The notes beneath the pieces are model-generated. The model saw only the letters and a list, made by a program, of their open reading frames with translations, searched no databases and had not been told where the DNA came from. From Candidatus Poribacteria bacterium (GTDB lineage Bacteria > Poribacteria > WGA-4E > WGA-3G), in assembly GCA_965197475.1 (NCBI GenBank), contig CBDANF010000003.1, positions 160,001 through 224,000 on the forward strand: 64,000 bases of DNA. Direction: 5' to 3'. The translations under genes were made by a program, and so were the position numbers. Positions 53,018 through 63,344 of this stretch are shown here, piece after piece. Each line of letters opens with the position of its first letter. Position 1 is the stretch's first letter.

Positions 53018-54243
53018 TTATTGCTCCGAGTCAATTAAAGCCTGATAGGTAAACCTCCTGAATTGCCCTTGAAAAGGATAACGGTTATTGAGAATCTGCG
53101 TCATCAGAATTCCTATGAGTTCTTTTTCGGGGTCAACCCAAAAGTTAGTAGCAGCTAAACCACCCCCACTGAGTGATCCATGCGACCGTTTATTTTTTAC
53201 GTTATTCTCACGCGTAACAACATGGAATCCAAATCCGAAAGCCCCTCCTTCTCTGTGATATTGTTGATGTGGATAACGCATCAGTTCAACGGTCTTGGTC
53301 TTTAAAATGTGCACACCTTCCAATTCACCACCATTGAGTAACATCTGACAGAAACGGAGGTAATCCGCAGCAGTAGAAACAAGCCCACCACCACCAGAAG
53401 GAAGAAAGTGACGTTATCGGTTGCAAGCGGAGGTTTTCCGACAAGTTTTAGTCCACCTTCTTCAGTAGGTCTATATATAGCCGCAAATCGTTCTACTTTT
53501 GTTTGTGGCACCGAAAACCCAGTATCTATCATGCCGAGTGGTTTAAAAATCTTCGTCTGTAAAAATTCTTCAAACGGCATTTCCGAAACTACCTCTACAA
53601 GATAACCGAGAACATCCGTAGAAACACCGTATTTCCATCTTTTACCGGGTTCGAAAACAAGCGGGATATCACTAAGTTTCTCTACCTTCTCTGCTAACGT
53701 TGAATCACGTTCAAATACTTTCAATTTGGCGTAAAGTTTATCAATAGGTCTGTCGCCCCACCCGTAAGTCAATCCGGAAGTATGCGTGAGTAGATGCTTG
53801 ATCGTCATCTTATTCTTAGCGTCATGTGTTTCTGTCTGCTCATTGTTAAAAACCTTCATGTCTTTGAATGCGGGAATATAGTTTTCAACAGGATCATCAA
53901 GTTTAATATACCCCTCATCGTAGAGTATCATCACAGCAACGCTGGTAATCGGTTTCGACATTGAATAGATACGGAATATCGTATCCGCTTCAACCGGTTT
54001 TTTATTTTCAACATCTCGCATGCCGATGGTCTCAAAATGTGCAATTTTCCCTTTCCTCGCGATGACAGTAAGGAATCCTGGTAGTTGTCCTTTGTCGACG
54101 TAGCCTTGCAGGACCAGACGGATACGTTCCAGACGTTCGGAAGAAACACCAACATCTTCCGGCTCTGCCATCGGGAGTCCCTGTGCAAATGCGAGTGCAG
54201 TGATACAAAATAGCAGTAAAAGTAAGCACGTTAATCGTTTCAA
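53018..54243 (-). CDS. Class C beta-lactamase-like serine hydrolase (frameshift at about 53401)
   Basis: FRIYSMSK, LLTHTSG, PGKRWKY; adding one C restores PSGGGGLVSTAADYLRF. Confidence 0.85.
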
Positions 54244-54273
54244 TCTATTCTCCTTTTTTAGTTTCGGTTATGG

Positions 54274-54506
54274 TACATCCTACATTCCGCACTTCTAATT
54301 ACCGATTTTCGATATTTATTTCTCAAACCCGCGTGGTCCCTACATAGAGCAAGCAATTTCAGGTGAACCAGAGAAAAAGACAAGTGGCAAATGGAATCTT
54401 AATTCACAACGCTAAATCTCTATTATCCTGTGCGAATCCTATCGTGACGCGGGTTTGTCCTATAAATATTAAAATTTGTTAAAACAAGTGCGGAATGTGG
54501 GATATA
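54274..54506. mobile_element. MITE-like element
   Basis: 19/21 terminal inverted repeats tacatcctacattccgcactt / aagtgcggaatgtgggatata, TA at both ends, inner IR aaacccgcgt/acgcgggttt, no ORF. Confidence 0.65.
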
Positions 54507-54589
54507 ACAAAGTGTGTTTATCTTATCAAAAAATAAGTTTTAAGTCAATGATTTGATTGCCAATGGGGTGTGAAAATATTTTGTTAATT

Positions 54590-54700
54590 TCTGAATCTCG
54601 GATTGCGCAGATTACGCAGATTGAAAAAGCGTAGCATTGGGGAAATGCATGCGCGTTTGTCTGAATCTCGGATTATCACAGATTACGCGGATTTTGAATC
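54590..54700 (+). repeat. Two copies of tctgaatctcggatt + 9-bp (cgcagatta-like) repeats; third copy at about 55445-55492
   Basis: Direct comparison of the three sites. Confidence 0.7.
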
Positions 54701-54767
54701 TTCGTGATTAGGATCATCTTTTAGACTGATGACTCAAGAGGTCCGCTAATTATCTGCGGAATTTGAT

Positions 54768-54826
54768 TTATCTACCAGCTTGCTGAGCGGCTTTTTCTAT
54801 CCAATTTCCAAGATTCTGGCAGCCAT
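54768..54826 (-). pseudogene. Remnant C-terminus of a ThsB/DUF1863-like TIR gene
   Basis: NGCQNLGNWIEKAAQQAGR*; an ATG overlaps the upstream stop (TAATG). Confidence 0.55.
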
Positions 54827-55266
54827 TATAAGCTAAAATAACCGATCGCAAGTACAAAAAGCACCTCTATCAAGTAAAAAATAATAAGCGTAACTGAAAA
54901 AATAGCAGATATCCAACTACTTTTCGGTTTGCCTTTATGCTTGCCAATATCCATCTTGAAATCGGTGTCAGTTTGCGCTCTGATATCATCATAGACATGT
55001 CGGAACAACCGTTCCTGCCAGAGAAAGTAACCGTCTAAAATCCAAAATCCTACAATAGGAAGAAAAAGAACTAAAACATAATATGAATTTTGCATATCCT
55101 CCTTGGCGATTAATACCATTGCTGCAACGAGAACTATCATACTCCAACTTTTTAAAAAGAAACTGTTCCGTCCCAAACGGTTAATAACAGCTTGCGTCAT
55201 TTCCAGATGCTTTACGACCTTTTCAATACCGTTCATGGATTTATCATCCTTCACCATGTTTTGCAA
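54826..55266 (-). CDS. Multi-TM putative defence effector (TIR-associated type)
   Basis: KHLEMTQAVINRLGRNSFFLKSW...FWILDGYFLWQERLFRHVYD. Confidence 0.65.
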   Translation of the reverse strand: MQNMVKDDKSMNGIEKVVKHLEMTQAVINRLGRNSFFLKSWSMIVLVAAMVLIAKEDMQNSYYVLVLFLPIVGFWILDGYFLWQERLFRHVYDDIRAQTDTDFKMDIGKHKGKPKSSWISAIFSVTLIIFYLIEVLFVLAIGYFSL

Positions 55267-55543
55267 TCCGAGTGTTTGTTAAACTCTACAATTTATAGGT
55301 GAATTTGTCAATATTATTTGAGGGCGTTGGAACGTTGGTATGGGTTGTGCATTTGGCACACGGGTTATATGGACAGGATTTGTACTCTATAATGGCGTTC
55401 CTTTGCTATTTGAATCGCACTCGCCACAATTGCAATATATTCGTTTCAGAATCGCGGATTTGTGCAGATTTCGCAGATGACGCGGATTGAAAATCTGTGA
55501 CATCAGGCGATCTCCGCTAAAAAGGCAGTTTTCTGTTTTACTG

Positions 55544-56850
55544 CTATGCCTGCGGGGGTGTTAGTAGCATTACGGCGATGTCTTCTGGGATTTAACGTTA
55601 TGTTTCTGCTCAAAGTCGGCAATGCTATCATAATGCCCAAAGAATTCAATTATTATACCTTCTTTTGCATCCTTTGTCTCCACGAAGTCCGATCTAAATT
55701 TTTCCCATTCGTGAAGGTTTAGCCAAATCCAACACCGATTACGATATGCATTTGCCTATTCAGCATTTATTTTTATTGCTTTGTCATAGTTTTTGATTGC
55801 AAGTTCAACTTTTCCTTTTTTAAGATAAGCTAAACCAAGGTTATTATGTGCCTCAGCTAAATTAGGATTAAATTGTATCGCTTTCTTAAAATATTTAATC
55901 GCACGATCATACTGACCTTTTTTGCCGTAACTTTTACCGAGATTTGTGTAGGTTTTAGCATCATTGGGCTTGAGTCGTATTGCTTTATTCAAATCCTTGA
56001 TGGCACAGTTTAACCTGCCCTTATTGTTGTAAGCATTTCCACGATTAGTATAAGCTTTGGCTAAATCCGGATCCAGTTGTATCGCTTTAGTATAGTTCTT
56101 GAAAGCATGGCCAACATGACTTTTCATGTCATAAGCAACGCCGCGATTGTAATATACCTCAGCATCGTTGGGGTTGAGTTGTATTGATCTGTTAAAATCT
56201 TTGATAGCAAGATCATGTTCACCCTTTACACCGTAAGCAACACCGCGATAATTATAAGCTCCAGCATTTTTCGGGTTCAGTTCAATTGCACGGGAATAAG
56301 CTGCAATTGCTCTATCAAATTGCTTTAGCATCATCATGAAATTACCCTTTTCTACTATCCAATAAGACAATATCTTAATTTCTTCCGATGCTATAGTAGG
56401 TGAAGGTTGTAGCTGAGATTGCATTTCTTCAACGACTTTTCGAATACCATCTACTACACTTTTCCAACCTTTACTTTCTGGCTGCCATTCGTTAATTGGC
56501 TTGACTCCTTCAGGAAGTGCCTGAAATTCGCTGAGTTGGTGGTTTTCCCAATCGCAATGCTCAAGGATAATCGGAATCACTCTTATATTTGGATTTAACG
56601 CAGCAGTCAATTCCTTATTGCAATTTTCAGAAGCAAGACTATACGGACAAGTAAGGTAGAGCAGAATGTCCGAATCGGCAAGGTTGGTGAAAATTGCATC
56701 CCGCCATTTGTCTCCGGGTAAAATTTCGTTGTCGTGCCAGACATCAATTAAACCATTTTGCTTCATTACAGCAAGGTAAGTAATTAATTTGTCCTTTGCT
56801 TCGGTATTTTTATGCGCGTAGGTAATGAAAACCTTTAATCCTTTACTCAT
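55544..56850 (-). CDS. TIR-domain + TPR protein; premature TAG at 55756 cuts off the C-terminal tail
   Basis: KVFITYAHKN..VWHD.EILPG..W..SLASENCNKE..VIPIIL; TPRs; reading continues ANAYRNRCWIWLNLHEWEK after the stop. Confidence 0.85.
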
Positions 56851-57008
56851 TCATTTCTCTCCACAATTGCAATATCTTCAGGACTAAACCATATAATGAT
56901 TATAACAGAGGCTCAGTTCATTTTCAAGAGGAAACGTTGGGATAAGGTTGTGTGTTTGGGCAAGGTCTTAGATTAAAGTCTGCACAGCCATTTCGATTCA
57001 CAAAAATG

Positions 57009-57037
57009 TTGACATCTAATCATATATCCTATACAAT
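57009..57037 (+). promoter_or_regulatory. Sigma70-type promoter
   Basis: TTGACA-17-TACAAT. Confidence 0.65.
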
Positions 57038-57175
57038 TCCATTTAGAAACCATCTCATAATATGGAATATCGCGCTGGAAAAGCGGGTTTACTGGCATTT
57101 ATGAGACATGTTTTTATAAAAAACTGAGGATGAATACCATCCAAAACATAGAAAGAATTGCCTAAGGAGGCGGAC

Positions 57176-58345
57176 ATGGCAGAACAGATTAAAATGGGTT
57201 TAGTCGGATGTGACGGTATGTCCGGTGCCCACATGAACGCTTATCGCGAGTTGTGGTCGAAAGAGGTCCGAGAATTCGATATTATTGCTGCGTGTGATAT
57301 AGACAAAGGCAGAGCCGAGGCGCGCGCGAATCAGGCACATGAGTTCCAAGGCGGCACAAAACCTGCTGTTTATACGGAACTTGACGAGATGCTTGATAAG
57401 CACCCCGATTTAGAATGCGTAGATATCTGTGCGTTGCATAGTGCACATCACGTGCTTGCCGTGCCAGCATTGGAAGCAGGCAAACATGTCATCATCGAAA
57501 AACCTTTTGGTATTACGATGCGCGCATGCAAACTGATGATGGAAGCAGCGGAGCGCAACGATAAAATTATTTCTGTAGCGGAAAACTATAGATTGAGTCG
57601 TATGGAACGTACGCGGAGTTGGGTAATTGCGCAGGGACGCGTCGGTGAACCCCGTATGTTCTTCTGGATTGAGGTAGGCGAGGGTTTAGGCAAGTGGGGT
57701 TGGCGCAACTTCAAGATGGATGCTGGCGGCGGATGGGCATTAGATGGCGGTGTGCATTTCACAGATCTGATGCGATATATCCTCGGTTTGGAAGCTGAGG
57801 AAGTTTATGCTATCAACAAAGCTTATGAACCTTTCCGCTACGATAATGCAGGCGCACGTGAAGGCGGATATGCGGTTGATGTTGAAGACGCTATGATCGC
57901 AACAATCAAGTTTGAACAAGGTGTTACTGCACAGTGGACATGGGTCGGTTCCGCTCCTGCCCACGGTTTCGGTCAGAAAGTCATTTACGGTAGTGAGGGC
58001 GCGCTTGATTGGGGTAGAGGTTTGGTGCCACGCGGTGGCGAGGCAATTTCTAATGATGATTTACAGAAGGAATTCACGGATAGCCTCAGTGATGACGAAC
58101 GTGAATACTATTTCCCTGCTGGAATTGGTAATACGGTTGCGATTGAACTGAAATACTTTGCTGATGCAATCCGTAGTGGTGGCAAACCTGAAGTGGATGC
58201 CGTGGAAGGAATGAGATCTGAAGCTATCTGCATGGCAGCCTATGAATCTGGATATTGGGGTCGCCCAGTGACAATTGCCGAGATTGAAAACTGTGAACTG
58301 GAAGGTTACCAGAAGGAAATCAACGACAAGTTGGGCATTAAATAA
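57176..58345 (+). CDS. Gfo/Idh/MocA oxidoreductase
   Basis: GLVGC, IEKP, VAENYR, DGGVHFTD. Confidence 0.9.
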   Translation: MAEQIKMGLVGCDGMSGAHMNAYRELWSKEVREFDIIAACDIDKGRAEARANQAHEFQGGTKPAVYTELDEMLDKHPDLECVDICALHSAHHVLAVPALEAGKHVIIEKPFGITMRACKLMMEAAERNDKIISVAENYRLSRMERTRSWVIAQGRVGEPRMFFWIEVGEGLGKWGWRNFKMDAGGGWALDGGVHFTDLMRYILGLEAEEVYAINKAYEPFRYDNAGAREGGYAVDVEDAMIATIKFEQGVTAQWTWVGSAPAHGFGQKVIYGSEGALDWGRGLVPRGGEAISNDDLQKEFTDSLSDDEREYYFPAGIGNTVAIELKYFADAIRSGGKPEVDAVEGMRSEAICMAAYESGYWGRPVTIAEIENCELEGYQKEINDKLGIK

Positions 58346-58371
58346 CGTGAGTTCTACAAAACTTAGTAGTG

Positions 58372-58414
58372 AATCAACGCCAAATTCGGACATGGTATTT
58401 GGCGTTGATTTTGT
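58372..58414 (+). terminator. Intrinsic terminator
   Basis: 14-bp stem aatcaacgccaaat / atttggcgttgatt followed by T-rich sequence. Confidence 0.7.
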
Positions 58415-58502
58415 CTTATTTTAACGCACCTTCATGCTTATACCCGGGCTTTTAGCATGAGTATTATAAACACATTCTTGAACAATTCATGAGGAAAATT
58501 GA

Positions 58503-59204
58503 GTGAAAACATTTGGACCGCGATTATGTTTTATCGGATTAATCGCTATCTTTTTTATGCTGTTTACACCTGACGTTGTACAAGCGTTTGGTATTGAAGA
58601 TAGAAATCTCATTTACGAACAAGGCGATATTCTCCGTCGTCCCAAAAACCTCCGAGGAAGACGGCAAGGCTTCATTTTTAGTATCGGTGCTGGTGTCGGC
58701 AATACAAGTTTTACTTCGCCACTTGCAGAATATTGGGGAAGCGCGTACGAAGGTAGTTTGCCAGATCCGCGTAGCACTACATCCGCCTTTGCCACAGAGC
58801 TTAAAGTCGGGCACGGCTTTACAGATCAGTTCCTTCTCTACTACACCAGCCGCATCTCATGGCTGCCGCTATCAAACCTTTACCGAGACACTATGATAGC
58901 AAACGGGTTAGCTGGTATAGGAATGACGATCTATCCGCTCCGAAGCAGTGATTTTTACATAGTAGGTTCTGCCGGTTTCGCGGTTCTTGTAACGTGGCAA
59001 CCCCCTTTCAAATTGGAGAGGGCAAGACAGACTGGTCTGGCTGTATCTGGTGGAATCGGTTATGAGCTTTTACCCCATCTGAACATCGACTTTACAGCTA
59101 ATTTCGGAAACGCAAATTCGACACAACTTGATGACGTAAATGAGATAACACTCACCAATGAGATTGTCACTTTTTTGGTGACTGTTAACCTCATTTTCTA
59201 TTAG
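58503..59204 (+). CDS. Outer-membrane beta-barrel-like protein
   Basis: Signal peptide, alternating strands, GGIGYE, C-terminal aromatic residue. Confidence 0.65.
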   Translation: MKTFGPRLCFIGLIAIFFMLFTPDVVQAFGIEDRNLIYEQGDILRRPKNLRGRRQGFIFSIGAGVGNTSFTSPLAEYWGSAYEGSLPDPRSTTSAFATELKVGHGFTDQFLLYYTSRISWLPLSNLYRDTMIANGLAGIGMTIYPLRSSDFYIVGSAGFAVLVTWQPPFKLERARQTGLAVSGGIGYELLPHLNIDFTANFGNANSTQLDDVNEITLTNEIVTFLVTVNLIFY

Positions 59205-59226
59205 CACGTTTTGTGGGGAAAAATCC

Positions 59227-59937
59227 ATGCATCCAAATAGATTTTTAAGTTATGCTACAACTGCGTTGCTTTTGATAGTCCTGTTTGTGGGTATCCTGAG
59301 TTGTGGAGATATCAGTGACGAAGAAACTACTGATCGGATCCGGTTCACTGAATTTGTGCTTTTTCCGACTTCGCCTTACGTTGATAAATCATATATAGAA
59401 CAGGTGCCCGCAGATGACGTAGCGTTTTTAGAAATTGACTTTGATGCTGAAAAAGCGGCAATTCAACAAGTCTATAACGATTTTTATAATGCCTATAACG
59501 ATAGAAGTATAAGTACTTTTTCAAAGATTTTGCATAAGGGAATTAACATTGATATTGGTTTTTACTACAAAGAGTGTGATGAATTTACCAATCGGGCTAC
59601 TAACTGGACTACCGTTAATACGGTTATTCAGGCTTCATGGATTATTCCCTCTTGTCCGCTAAATGACCCAAAGTGGGGACCAAATCCTACGTTGAAAGAA
59701 TTTTATATTAGGCCCAAGAATATAAGTGCCCTTTGGGACGAAGCGAGCGTGAAAGGGTTCAATTGTTGGAATGGAACTACTGATCGCCCCGGGGAGACAT
59801 ATATTTATCTGGTTAAAATAAATAACAAATGGTTGATTTATCAACTCGCAAGCCTTTCACCGGAGGACGCTGCTATCTACAACGGAAAACCGCCGCTCCC
59901 CAAATATTTTAACGATTCTAAATATAAGGCACCTTAA
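59227..59937 (+). CDS. Hypothetical lipoprotein (NTF2-like)
   Basis: ILSC lipobox; AIQQVYNDFYNAYN...KINNKWLI. Confidence 0.65.
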   Translation: MHPNRFLSYATTALLLIVLFVGILSCGDISDEETTDRIRFTEFVLFPTSPYVDKSYIEQVPADDVAFLEIDFDAEKAAIQQVYNDFYNAYNDRSISTFSKILHKGINIDIGFYYKECDEFTNRATNWTTVNTVIQASWIIPSCPLNDPKWGPNPTLKEFYIRPKNISALWDEASVKGFNCWNGTTDRPGETYIYLVKINNKWLIYQLASLSPEDAAIYNGKPPLPKYFNDSKYKAP

Positions 59938-59979
59938 CGTTAACCTGATCCAAACCATTATCACGAATTTGAGGAAACT

Positions 59980-61332
59980 ATGGCAAAACCAACCGATATC
60001 CGCATCCTTGACGTTCAATATGATTTTGAGGAACACCAATACCGTACCCCGCTCAAGTTCGGGGGTGTGCCAACAGATCGTTGTGTCCTTTTTAACGTTC
60101 GGGTGCAAGTCCAGACGTATAACGGAAAAGAAGCGGAAGGAAGAGGTTCTATGCCGCTGGGCAACGTCTGGGCATTTCCACCGCGCTATGTGCCTTTTGA
60201 CCAAAGCCTCGCTGCAATGAAAACACTTGCCGAATTGACAGCTGATGCGACACGAGATTGCACACTCTGTGCACATCCTCTTGAACTCTCTGAGGTGCTT
60301 GAACCCGAATTTTTACAAATCGCAGACGGACTGTCGCAGACGATGCAGCTTATATCCCCGATACCGAAACTCTGTACTGTTGTCACGACAAGTCCGATTG
60401 ACGCAGCAATCCATGACGGGTTTGGAAAAGCAAACGGTATCAATAGTTACAACGGATTAGACGAAGATTTCATTCAGGCAGATCTGTCGCATTTTCTGGA
60501 CAGAGAGTTCACAGGAAAATATCTTGATCAGTATACGACACGACATCCGAAGCCGAACATGCCGATCTATCACCTTGTCGGTGCGTTGGACCCGCTTACG
60601 GAAGCGGATATTACAAAACGTCTTGATGATGGATTACCGGAAACACTACCGGAATGGATTGTAGCCGACGGGTTGACACATCTAAAGATAAAGTTAAATG
60701 GTGATAATCTTGATTGGGATGTAGCACGCGTGCTGGCGATTGATGAAATCACCGCAGAAACACAGGCAAAACGAGGCGTTAGCAAGTGGCACTACTCCGC
60801 AGATTTCAACGAAACATGCCAAGATGTGGAATACCTGTTGGAATTTCTTAATCGGATTCAGGAAGGGGATGGATATGCCTTTGAACGTCTTGCTTACATT
60901 GAGCAACCGACTGACCGCGACTTAGAGGCGCACCCGGAAAATAAGATGCACAAAGCTGCCGAAATAAAACCGGTGGTGATTGATGAATCCCTCACCGATT
61001 TTGAAACACTCCTATTGGCACGTGAACAAGGGTATTCTGGTGTTGCACTCAAGGCGTGTAAAGGACAATCACAGGCGTTGCTGATGGGTGCTGCTGCGCA
61101 AGAGTTCGGGATGTTCCTCGCGGTGCAGGATTTGACGTGCCCGGGGGCATCGTTTTTACACTCTGCTGGACTCGCGGCGCGCATCCGTGGCGTAACCGCT
61201 ATTGAGGGAAACGCGCGCCAATTTTGCCCAAGTGCAAATGATGGTTGGCGAGACGAATATCCATCAATTTTCAACATTACCGATGGCACTGTAGGAACAC
61301 AAGTGCTTACCGGTCCTGGGCTTGGACATTGA
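59980..61332 (+). CDS. Mandelate racemase/enolase-superfamily protein
   Basis: HLKIKL, ADFNE, YIEQP, IDES, ALK. Confidence 0.85.
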   Translation: MAKPTDIRILDVQYDFEEHQYRTPLKFGGVPTDRCVLFNVRVQVQTYNGKEAEGRGSMPLGNVWAFPPRYVPFDQSLAAMKTLAELTADATRDCTLCAHPLELSEVLEPEFLQIADGLSQTMQLISPIPKLCTVVTTSPIDAAIHDGFGKANGINSYNGLDEDFIQADLSHFLDREFTGKYLDQYTTRHPKPNMPIYHLVGALDPLTEADITKRLDDGLPETLPEWIVADGLTHLKIKLNGDNLDWDVARVLAIDEITAETQAKRGVSKWHYSADFNETCQDVEYLLEFLNRIQEGDGYAFERLAYIEQPTDRDLEAHPENKMHKAAEIKPVVIDESLTDFETLLLAREQGYSGVALKACKGQSQALLMGAAAQEFGMFLAVQDLTCPGASFLHSAGLAARIRGVTAIEGNARQFCPSANDGWRDEYPSIFNITDGTVGTQVLTGPGLGH

Positions 61333-61663
61333 TACTTGATATTTCTCTTTCCGCGTCCACGACAGTGATATTCGTTACAACGTTCCTCTGTTCCGGATGC
61401 TGAACAGGAAAATCTTTTATCGTCTCATTGATCAACTCTTGCACTATCGTTTTAACTCGATCAAACGGTATACATTCCAAAACGATGATGGCACGATGTT
61501 TTGACGGGTCTATATTGTATGTCAATCCATACTGGATACCAAGGCGCATTAACTCTGGTTCAACGTTGATAGATATGTGTCTGCGTTCCTGCTCTGTGAT
61601 ATAAAAGCTATCAACGATGAAGTGGGTGTGAATCCACGCTTCTCGTTCTTCAATGATCTTCAT
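61307..61663 (-). CDS. Hypothetical protein
   Basis: ORF with TTGACA-17-TACAAT promoter at 61700-61672. Confidence 0.6.
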   Translation of the reverse strand: MKIIEEREAWIHTHFIVDSFYITEQERRHISINVEPELMRLGIQYGLTYNIDPSKHRAIIVLECIPFDRVKTIVQELINETIKDFPVQHPEQRNVVTNITVVDAEREISSINVQAQDR

Positions 61664-61758
61664 AATTCTGCATTGTAACATGAAAAGCGATAGGTGTCAA
61701 CGTTACGGAAGGGGTAGGGTATAAACTGTCGGATTGACTGAGTATATAGTGGAAAAGG

Positions 61759-62649
61759 TTATTTTTTTATTTCTGGACGCGGGCGCACTATTCGAAACCC
61801 AATTGTGTGTGTGGAGTCCAGAGGATAGAACTTAAATCGTAAACCTGAACGCAGAAATGGGCTGCCGGCATCCCACGCACCACCGCGAATTACGCGTGCC
61901 CGTAACACATCTCGAAAACGTAGGTTAAGCGGATTCAGCCTCACATTCTTGCTGTTCTGTTGGTAGAAAGAGGGGTTATATTCATCAAGGCACCACTCCC
62001 AGACGTTTCCAGCAAGATCGGCAATGCCATCCGGAGAAGCACCTTTTGGAAATTGTCCGACAGGAGTTGGACGATTATAGCGACGAGCGAAATTCGCATG
62101 GTGCCGTGCTTTCGGAGGATCGTTTCCCCACGGGTATGTTCGTCCTTCTGTGCCACGAGCCGCGCGTTCCCACTGTGCTTCTGTTGGCAAACTCCCACCA
62201 ATCCATTCTGCAAACGCTTGCGCATCAAACCAAGTGACACCGACGACAGGTTGTGCATCGGCGTTGAAGTTTTCATCTTTCCATGTCTCTTCGCCTTGAT
62301 GTCCGCGGGGTGTAGGTCGTCCTGTTGCTTCAATGAAAGCGCGGTATTGTGCGTTCGTGATTTCGTAGCGTGAGATTTGGTATGCAGAGAGATAGACACT
62401 GTGTCATGGAATTTCAGCGTCAAAGGTGTGCTTTTCCAGTAGGGAACTTCGTAATTTCGCGTCTGTGTAGGCGGTTTCTGCTTCCTCTTGTATGGAACCC
62501 ATAAGGAATTCGCCTTCTGGAATCCTAACCCACTCTATGGTGGTGAGTGTTTTTTCAGCGGCAGGACTTAATTCAGCGGTAATAACACCTTCCCAAACGC
62601 CAAGAAGGAATACCAGAATCGTAAGGCAGACGCATCGCATTCCAGACAA
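61759..62649 (-). pseudogene. Formylglycine-generating enzyme (FGE-sulfatase) family protein with an in-frame TGA at 62404
   Basis: IPEGEFLMGS, EIP*HSVYL, LPTEAQWERAARG, DLAGNVWEW, IGFR all in one frame. Confidence 0.85.
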
Positions 62650-62655
62650 AATCCT

Positions 62656-63318
62656 TTAATTTTCGCTGAGTTTCTCTTCAAAATTGAACTTTCTTAAAGA
62701 AAATCTGGTCCATACTTTATCCAAATTTTCGCCATCACTAGAGGAACCACCGTACGATCCAACGCTATAAGTATCACTAATACTAGCACTTAATTTGTTA
62801 GCTATCTTAAATATATCTTCTACATGGCGAAGGCTTTGCGAATTGATCACACGACATCGTAAAATATCCGGAGGTTCAGAGTAATTTTCATCATATTTCA
62901 GATAAGCATAATCTTTTAAAATGCTTTTGAGAATGTTTACAGAAGTATCATCGGATTTCTTAGCAGGACAGTCTTCATTATAAGTTGGGGAATTATAATA
63001 AGGCAAGAGTCTCACCACACTTGGATTTTTCCGGACAATTTTAGTGATCTCTATAGCCGCTTCCTGCAGAGTTTTTTCCAACTCCTTGCGGGTAATTCCT
63101 TGCAGCTGATCGTCTCTAAGGGTTGCAGTGAAAACACCTTTGCTCATATCCATCGGTAAACCTTCTCTTTGTTCAACGCCATTGCGCGCATACCGAACAT
63201 GTCCGAAGAAAGTTGGACCGTAACCCTGCACATTAAGTATTTCTACTCAAAGGAACTGAATGAATTTATAACCTGGTAAGTCTTTTAAGTCAATGATTAG
63301 TTTATCATATTCACTCAT
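62656..63318 (-). CDS. Hypothetical protein; RBS-preceded ATG at 63318 with an in-frame TGA at about 63248
   Basis: MSEYDKLIIDLKDLPGYKFIQFL*VEILNVQGY..., in frame with ORF 62656-63231. Confidence 0.55.
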
Positions 63319-63344
63319 TAATAACTCCTCCTCTGTGATAGACG

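Noticed and set aside
57052-57110. Possible riboswitch in the oxidoreductase leader (tctcataa...ttatgaga stem)
   Set aside because: No recognisable aptamer consensus; only one short stem.
59183-59979. Faint similarity between the 3' end/spacer of the 58503 gene and the spacer after the 59227 lipoprotein (gttaacct...atta.cacg)
   Set aside because: Too short and degenerate to distinguish from chance by eye.
62404-63250. TGA recoding (Sec/Trp/Gly) suggested by two in-frame TGAs
   Set aside because: TGA terminates many ordinary genes here (e.g. disA, PPIase, RM enzyme); the 62404 codon is one transition away from CGA; no SECIS-like evidence seen.
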